Shown one piece after another: positions 58,944 to 64,000 of a DNA stretch of 64,000 nucleotides. Position 1 is the first letter of the stretch. Each line of letters starts with the position of its first letter. The notes below the pieces were generated by a model. It saw only the letters and a list, made by a program, of their open reading frames with translations, searched no databases and was not told where the DNA came from. This DNA comes from Longimicrobiales bacterium (GTDB taxonomy: Bacteria > Gemmatimonadota > Gemmatimonadetes > Longimicrobiales > Gaopeijiaceae). The position numbers and the translations under genes were made by a program. The DNA is taken from contig CBDFIQ010000002.1 in assembly GCA_965248195.1 (NCBI GenBank), positions 640,001 through 704,000 on the forward strand, read 5' to 3'.

Positions 58944-60254
58944 ATGATGGAAAGCACATTGAACGATCCCCAGCGTAGGGTCACCCTCGGTATTCTCGTG
59001 GGTGCCTTGTTGATCATGGCGGCTCCGATGGCCGCGGCCCAGGAAGTAGACAGCCGATGGGCGCCCTGGCTCGGTTGCTGGCGGGCCGTGGACGAGATGG
59101 CCACCGCACCTATTCTGTGCGTAGTGCCGCTCGCCGGTGAGTCGGCCGTCGAGATGCTAACCATTGTCGACGGTCGAGTCGTGTCACGAGAGTCGATCTT
59201 CGCTGATGGGCAAGAACACGCGGTAAGCCGAGACGAGTGCGAGGGCTGGGAACGAGCTGAATTCTCCGGCGACTCCCACCGGATCTACATTGGATCGGAG
59301 CTGAACTGTGGCGCCGGTGCGCACAGAAGTTCGACGGGCGTGATGTCCATGGTTTCGCCGTTCGAGTGGCTGGACGTCCGGACCATCAATGTGGACGGAC
59401 AAAGTGTGCCGTGGGCGCTTCGATACCGGCTTGCGTCCCAGGCTGACTTCCAGGCGGCTGGGCAGGGGGAGCTCTTTTCAGCCCAGGGGTCCCAAGCGCG
59501 GATGGCCCGGAGGGTCGCCTCCGTTCCGATCGCTGTCGACGACGTGATCGAGGCGAACGGGAAGGTTTCCGCAGAGACCCTCCAGCTCTGGGTTGTGGAG
59601 GGGGGCGAACCCTTCGCGCTGGATGCGAGCAGGTTGATCGAAATGGCGGATGCGGGCGTTCCCCCCGGCGTGATCGACGTCGTGGTCGCGGTGTCGTACC
59701 CCGAGAAATTCGTGGTCAACGAGGGACGTACTGCGGGGCGCCGCCCGGGGGAAGCCGCACGCGGACGCCCAGGCCTCGGTTACGGTCGGAGCCTCAACCC
59801 GTTTGGAGACCCGTTTTACGATCCGTATTCACGCTATGGCTATTATTCCCGCTACGGATCTGGCTTTCGGTACGGCCTTGGCTCCTACGGCGGGTATGGA
59901 TACCCCTACGGAGGGTACGGCTACGGAGGGTACAACTACGGATTCGGCGGATACGGCGCCCCCATCATTGTCGTCGGACGACGCGGCAGTTCGGCCGACT
60001 CCGGCCCCACGCAGGGACGGGTGGTGAGGGGAGGGGGGTATACGAGCGCCAGGGGCAGCGGGGGAAGCACCGGCAGGTCGGCCCGCCCGCGCTCCTCAGG
60101 ATCCTCGCGTGGCACGGCGCCGGCTGCCCGATCCGGCCGGTCGCGCTCCTCAGGGAGCGGCGCGCGGTCCGCGGCGCCCGCTAGGGGATCTAGCGGTTCC
60201 GCACCGCGATCTACGGGCCGGACTGCCCAGCCCAGGGCCCGTCCCGGCCGTTAG
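58944..60254 (+). CDS. Secreted protein with Gly/Tyr-rich and Arg/Ser/Gly-rich low-complexity tail
   Basis: Signal peptide; RWAPWLGCW domain; YGYGGYNYG tract; RSSGS repeats. Confidence 0.75.
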   Translation: MMESTLNDPQRRVTLGILVGALLIMAAPMAAAQEVDSRWAPWLGCWRAVDEMATAPILCVVPLAGESAVEMLTIVDGRVVSRESIFADGQEHAVSRDECEGWERAEFSGDSHRIYIGSELNCGAGAHRSSTGVMSMVSPFEWLDVRTINVDGQSVPWALRYRLASQADFQAAGQGELFSAQGSQARMARRVASVPIAVDDVIEANGKVSAETLQLWVVEGGEPFALDASRLIEMADAGVPPGVIDVVVAVSYPEKFVVNEGRTAGRRPGEAARGRPGLGYGRSLNPFGDPFYDPYSRYGYYSRYGSGFRYGLGSYGGYGYPYGGYGYGGYNYGFGGYGAPIIVVGRRGSSADSGPTQGRVVRGGGYTSARGSGGSTGRSARPRSSGSSRGTAPAARSGRSRSSGSGARSAAPARGSSGSAPRSTGRTAQPRARPGR

Positions 60255-60307
60255 GCTACAGTAAGAGGGATATCCTCTGCAGCTCCTCGAATTTGCTTCC
60301 TGGTTGT

Positions 60308-60357
60308 GTCGATATATCGAATAGTATATCGTAATGGGACGATTCCGATATATCGAC
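60308..60357. promoter_or_regulatory. Two CGATATATCG palindromes, probable operator of the PadR regulator
   Basis: TCGATATATCGA at 60309-60320, CGATATATCGA at 60346-60356, half site TATATCG at 60325-60331, in an AT-rich promoter region. Confidence 0.7.
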
Positions 60358-60445
60358 TGATCTCCTGACTGAGCCGCGAAAGCGCGACACGGCGGGGCCG
60401 TAGAAAGTGCCACGCCGGCAGGGAGGGAGAGAGGAGGAGAACGGG

Positions 60446-61129
60446 ATGTTTTGCGCGATGGATCATGGATTCGACTTCGAGTCATTCATTTTCGGACCCC
60501 ACCGCCGGCGCCGCCGGCGCAGCATGAAATGGAAGATCTTCGAGCGGGGGGATCTCAAGTTCGTGATTCTTCGACTCGTCTCCAAGCGCCCGATGCATGG
60601 GTACGAGGTGATGAAGGCCCTCGAGGAGGAGTCGAAAGGGTATTACAGGCCGAGCCCGGGATCCGTATATCCCACGCTGCAGATGCTGGAAGACGAAGGA
60701 TACGTGACGGTCGAGGAGCAGGAGGGAAAGAAGATCTACACCATCACCGATGAGGGGGTGGCGTATCTCGGTGAAAACGAAGATGTCGTGGACGAAGTGT
60801 TCGACCGTGTCGAGCACTTCACGGACCGCTTCTTCGGTGGCGACATGCGCGCACTTTCGCGCTCGTTTTCGAAGCTCGCTCAGCTCACGTTCGATCAGGC
60901 GTTCCAGTGGGGCGCCGAACCGGAAGACCTCGCCCGGATGAATGAAATACTCGAGAAGGCAGTCGAGGATATGAGAGCGACCCGGAAGGGGGCGCGGAAG
61001 CGCCGGAGGAGCCGGCGAAGCGAACGGAGCGCCAGCCCCGGCGAAAGTAAGACAAGGCGCAGCAGCGAGGCGGAAGAGGGCGGAGAGGGGATAGGTAGGG
61101 AGGACGGGGAGCGGGCGGAGGAGGAATAG
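60446..61129 (+). CDS. PadR-family transcriptional regulator (YqjI-like)
   Basis: FERGDLKFVIL, HGYEVMK, YRPSPGSVYPTLQMLED, KKIYTIT. Confidence 0.92.
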   Translation: MFCAMDHGFDFESFIFGPHRRRRRRSMKWKIFERGDLKFVILRLVSKRPMHGYEVMKALEEESKGYYRPSPGSVYPTLQMLEDEGYVTVEEQEGKKIYTITDEGVAYLGENEDVVDEVFDRVEHFTDRFFGGDMRALSRSFSKLAQLTFDQAFQWGAEPEDLARMNEILEKAVEDMRATRKGARKRRRSRRSERSASPGESKTRRSSEAEEGGEGIGREDGERAEEE

Positions 61130-61141
61130 GCCCGGGCCCGG

Positions 61142-62053
61142 TCAGGCTTTCCGCCGGGCTTCGATGCCCTCTTCCAGTTCTTCGAGCGTAGCCGGCCAGT
61201 CCTCGCGGAGGAGCTTGGAGAGCGCCCGGTCCTTGAGGAGTTTGCCTCCGGTCTGGCAGCCGGGGCAGTAGTTGGTCTCGCGCTCGCCGTACACGATGCG
61301 CTGGATTGGCGCATCGCACTGGGGGCATGGTTGACCGAACTTCCCGTGCGCCATCATCGCTTCGTGAAACGCTGTGATCTTCTCGGGAAACTCGGCTCCG
61401 AAATCCTTACGAAGCCGCTCCACCCACTCCGACAGGGAGCGGCGGGTCGACTCGAAGAGTCGCTGGAGCTCGTCCTGGTCGAGTTGTCGGGTCCGCCTCA
61501 CTGGCGAGAGCCGTGCATCGAGCAGGATCTCGTCGGAGTGCGCGTTTCCGATGCCGCTGAGAATTCTCGGGTCCGTGAGGGCCCGCTTCAAAGTGCGGTT
61601 CTCCCTCCACAGAGCCTCCCGGAACGCGTGGAAGTCCACCTCCAGCGGCTCGACGCCACCCGGATCGAGCGCCGCCAGAGATTCCTCACCGCGGATCACG
61701 TGGAGCGACGCCCTCTTGTGTGTGCTCGCTTCCGTCAGCAGGAGGGTTCCGTTGGGAAAATCGAACGCCGCGTGACCCCGCTTCTTGGGGATGGTGGCCC
61801 CCCTCTCCCTCCACCACAGGCGGCCGGCGATCATGAGGTGGATGACCGCGAAAAATTCCTCCTCAAACTCGAAGACGATGCGTTTGCCCATCCGGCGCAC
61901 GGCGGTCAGGCGCCGACCTTCCAGCTCCGAGGCCCTCGGATCGAAGGTCCTCAACAGCGAAGGAGTACGAACGCGCACGGTCTCGACGACTTGCCCGAGA
62001 ACGCGTTGCTCGAGCGCACGAACGTACGCGGTGATCTCCGGGAGTTCTGGCAC
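61142..62053 (-). CDS. Fpg/Nei family DNA glycosylase
   Basis: MPELPE, HLMIAG, SGIGN, zinc finger CPQC...CPGC. Confidence 0.92.
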   Translation of the reverse strand: MPELPEITAYVRALEQRVLGQVVETVRVRTPSLLRTFDPRASELEGRRLTAVRRMGKRIVFEFEEEFFAVIHLMIAGRLWWRERGATIPKKRGHAAFDFPNGTLLLTEASTHKRASLHVIRGEESLAALDPGGVEPLEVDFHAFREALWRENRTLKRALTDPRILSGIGNAHSDEILLDARLSPVRRTRQLDQDELQRLFESTRRSLSEWVERLRKDFGAEFPEKITAFHEAMMAHGKFGQPCPQCDAPIQRIVYGERETNYCPGCQTGGKLLKDRALSKLLREDWPATLEELEEGIEARRKA

Positions 62054-62139
62054 AGGGTCTCTATCTTGGAGTGAGGATCTGACGCGCCCCTGACGCGCCA
62101 GATTCGGATATAGAACTGGAAGTTCTATGCTGCAACCAT

Positions 62140-63515
62140 GGTCAAGTCCCGATTTGTGTGTAAAAGCGGAGGAAGCTCCTCGCCTTCGGCTAGGCTGCTT
62201 GGGCGACCTCCTGTTTCTGGAGGAGTGAGAGGTCGAGGTAACGCCGGTCGCCCCAGACGTGTGTGGTCCTGAGTGCGACGGCCGTGATGAGCCTGAGGGC
62301 GCTGGCCCGGTCCGGGAAGGCGCCGGCGGCCTTGATCCTGCGTTTGATCTCGCCGTGCAGCCGCTCGAGGCTGTTGGTGGTACGCAGCCGGGGCCAGTGC
62401 GCCTCGGGGAACGCGTAGAACTGCGTCGCTGCCCCGAAGCCCCGCTCCAGGACCTCCACGGCCTCGGGCAGCTCCTTCTTCCAGCGTGCGCCGAACTCGC
62501 CCAGGAGCTTCTTCGCCTCGGCGAGTCCGGATGTCTGGAAGATCACCGAGACCTCACGCGCCACGCGCTTGCGTAGGCGGTGGGGGACCCTCGCCCCCAC
62601 ATTACGCTGCAGATGGACCGTACACCTCTGACGGCGTGCCTCGGGCAGGAAGCGGCGGACCGCAGCTGCCAGGCCTGCGTGCTCATCGGCGATCACGAGC
62701 TCGACACCGCCGAGGCCGCGGTCCTGGAGTTGCTCGAGGAGCTCCGACCAGCTCTGCTGCGACTCCTCAGCGCCCAGCGTGACGGCCAGGAGCCGTCGGT
62801 GACCCTCAGGGCCCACTGCATACGCCACGAGCGCACTCACGTTCTCGACTTTGCGGGCCCAGCGGGCGTCCAAGAACGTGGCGTCCAGGTACAGATAGGG
62901 GTGAGGCCCCTCGATCGGCGCACGGCGCAGCCCTTCCACGGCCTCGTCGAGCCGTTTTGCCACACGACTCACCGTCGAGCGCCCAACACGCTCGCCCATC
63001 AGCGCCTCGGTGACGTCGCCCATCTTGCGCTGTGACACGCCGCTCACATACGCCTCGACCATCATCTCGTCGAGCTCGGGGCTCCTGCGCTGGTAGCGGC
63101 CGATCACGTCGGCCGGCGAACCGTTGTCCCGGCTCCGGGGCATGGCGACCTCGATCTGCCCCAGGCTCGTCAGCAGCCGCCTCAGGTATGTGCCGTTCCT
63201 ATGGTCCTTCCGGCTTCCCACCCGCTCGAAGCGGCGTGCACCTACCATGGCCTTCAGCTCCTCTTCCAGCACCATCTCGAGCGTCAGCCGGATCGCGCCT
63301 TGAAACAGCTCGCGCAAATCATCGCGTAGCTCGTCTTGCGTGGCCCGACCGATCTCCACAATCTCTTGCATCGGAAGCTCCTCTCCGGTTCCGAGCCTGC
63401 TCTGCAGACCCGGACTCCCGGGTTCATGTGACAGTGAACAACAACAGAGGAGCTTCCGTTTTTCTTTCCCTCCTGTCCAGCTTATCCGCTTTTACACAAA
63501 TCTAGGGACACTACC
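62140..63515 (-). mobile_element. IS256-family insertion sequence, copy 2 (1376 bp)
   Basis: Same TIRs and length as copy 1; 9-bp TSD TGCAACCAT at 62131-62139 and 63516-63524. Confidence 0.95.
62190..63371 (-). CDS. IS256-family transposase
   Basis: Protein identical to that of 8154-9335. Confidence 0.95.
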   Translation of the reverse strand: MQEIVEIGRATQDELRDDLRELFQGAIRLTLEMVLEEELKAMVGARRFERVGSRKDHRNGTYLRRLLTSLGQIEVAMPRSRDNGSPADVIGRYQRRSPELDEMMVEAYVSGVSQRKMGDVTEALMGERVGRSTVSRVAKRLDEAVEGLRRAPIEGPHPYLYLDATFLDARWARKVENVSALVAYAVGPEGHRRLLAVTLGAEESQQSWSELLEQLQDRGLGGVELVIADEHAGLAAAVRRFLPEARRQRCTVHLQRNVGARVPHRLRKRVAREVSVIFQTSGLAEAKKLLGEFGARWKKELPEAVEVLERGFGAATQFYAFPEAHWPRLRTTNSLERLHGEIKRRIKAAGAFPDRASALRLITAVALRTTHVWGDRRYLDLSLLQKQEVAQAA

Positions 63516-63615
63516 TGCAACCATGGGGGAGGATGGGTAGCGAGTGAGCCTCTCATCCGCTCCTGGCCGAAATTCGGACTGGCGGTGCCACACGCCCACG
63601 TACTTTCTTTGAAAT

Positions 63616-64000
63616 ATGGCCAAGTCCCCGCGTGACTCACCCACGTTTCGAATCCGGTACACAGAGTCCCCGTCGGATGACGGTCTCGGCTCCACGAAAC
63701 GGACTGGAAGAGACGATACCCTGGAATCGGCGTGGCCTCGGAGCGTGGGGATGCGCCTTCACGACGCAACCATCGCGGCGAGCCGTGGAAAGGTATGGTG
63801 GTACCGGATCCCACTCCTCATTCCCCTCGCGTGGATCTTCTGCCAGCACCTGGCCGACTCAGAGTACGGGAGCCTTTTCGCGGGAATCCACTTGGCGGTC
63901 CACGAAGGCGGGCATCTGTTCTTCATGTGGTTCGGTAGCGATTTTGTCACAGTGGCGGGTGGCACCTTTCTCCAATGCATCTGCCCGATCCTCACTGGGA
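63616..64000 (+). CDS. Membrane protein with HExxH motif (M50B-like), partial, runs off the window
   Basis: Open frame from ATG 63616 (or 63751): WWYRIPLLIPLAW...GIHLAVHEGGHLFF...TVAGGTFLQ; absent from the ORF track because it has no stop in the window. Confidence 0.7.
   Translation, partial: MAKSPRDSPTFRIRYTESPSDDGLGSTKRTGRDDTLESAWPRSVGMRLHDATIAASRGKVWWYRIPLLIPLAWIFCQHLADSEYGSLFAGIHLAVHEGGHLFFMWFGSDFVTVAGGTFLQCICPILTG

Noticed and set aside
8104..63515. Composite transposon bounded by the two IS256 copies
   Set aside because: Each copy has its own matching TSD pair (ATGTAAAAA versus TGCAACCAT), and the interior consists of ordinary chromosomal genes.

Overview
GC-rich bacterial chromosomal window. 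The gene repertoire (SusC/SusD-like pair, plug-only TonB-receptor protein, many lipoproteins) suggests Gemmatimonadota; this is an inference. It holds about 60 mostly housekeeping or accessory genes: a SusC/SusD pair, two DUF3179 paralogues, a Tat-exported xanthine-dehydrogenase-family three-subunit molybdoenzyme, pheA, two cold-shock genes, mmuM, an arginine deiminase operon (arcABC), CHAD/ppk1/sixA, pdxH, a YqjI-like PadR regulator with its operator, and an Fpg/Nei glycosylase. Mobile DNA comprises two apparently identical 1376-bp IS256 copies with different 9-bp target duplications (one splits a lipoprotein signal peptide), one IS3-family element, and a 305-bp MITE-like structured element abutting mmuM. 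The most intriguing locus is 22184-25325. There a His/Cys-rich, polyproline-ended leader ORF is followed by 21-bp repeats, a terminator-like hairpin and a porin / membrane protein / FMN-bind-like operon, which looks like a metal-responsive attenuation system. Also notable is a serine protease followed by a free-standing copy of its own putative prodomain. No rRNA, tRNA or CRISPR array was seen. All calls come from reading the sequence; no database searches were run.
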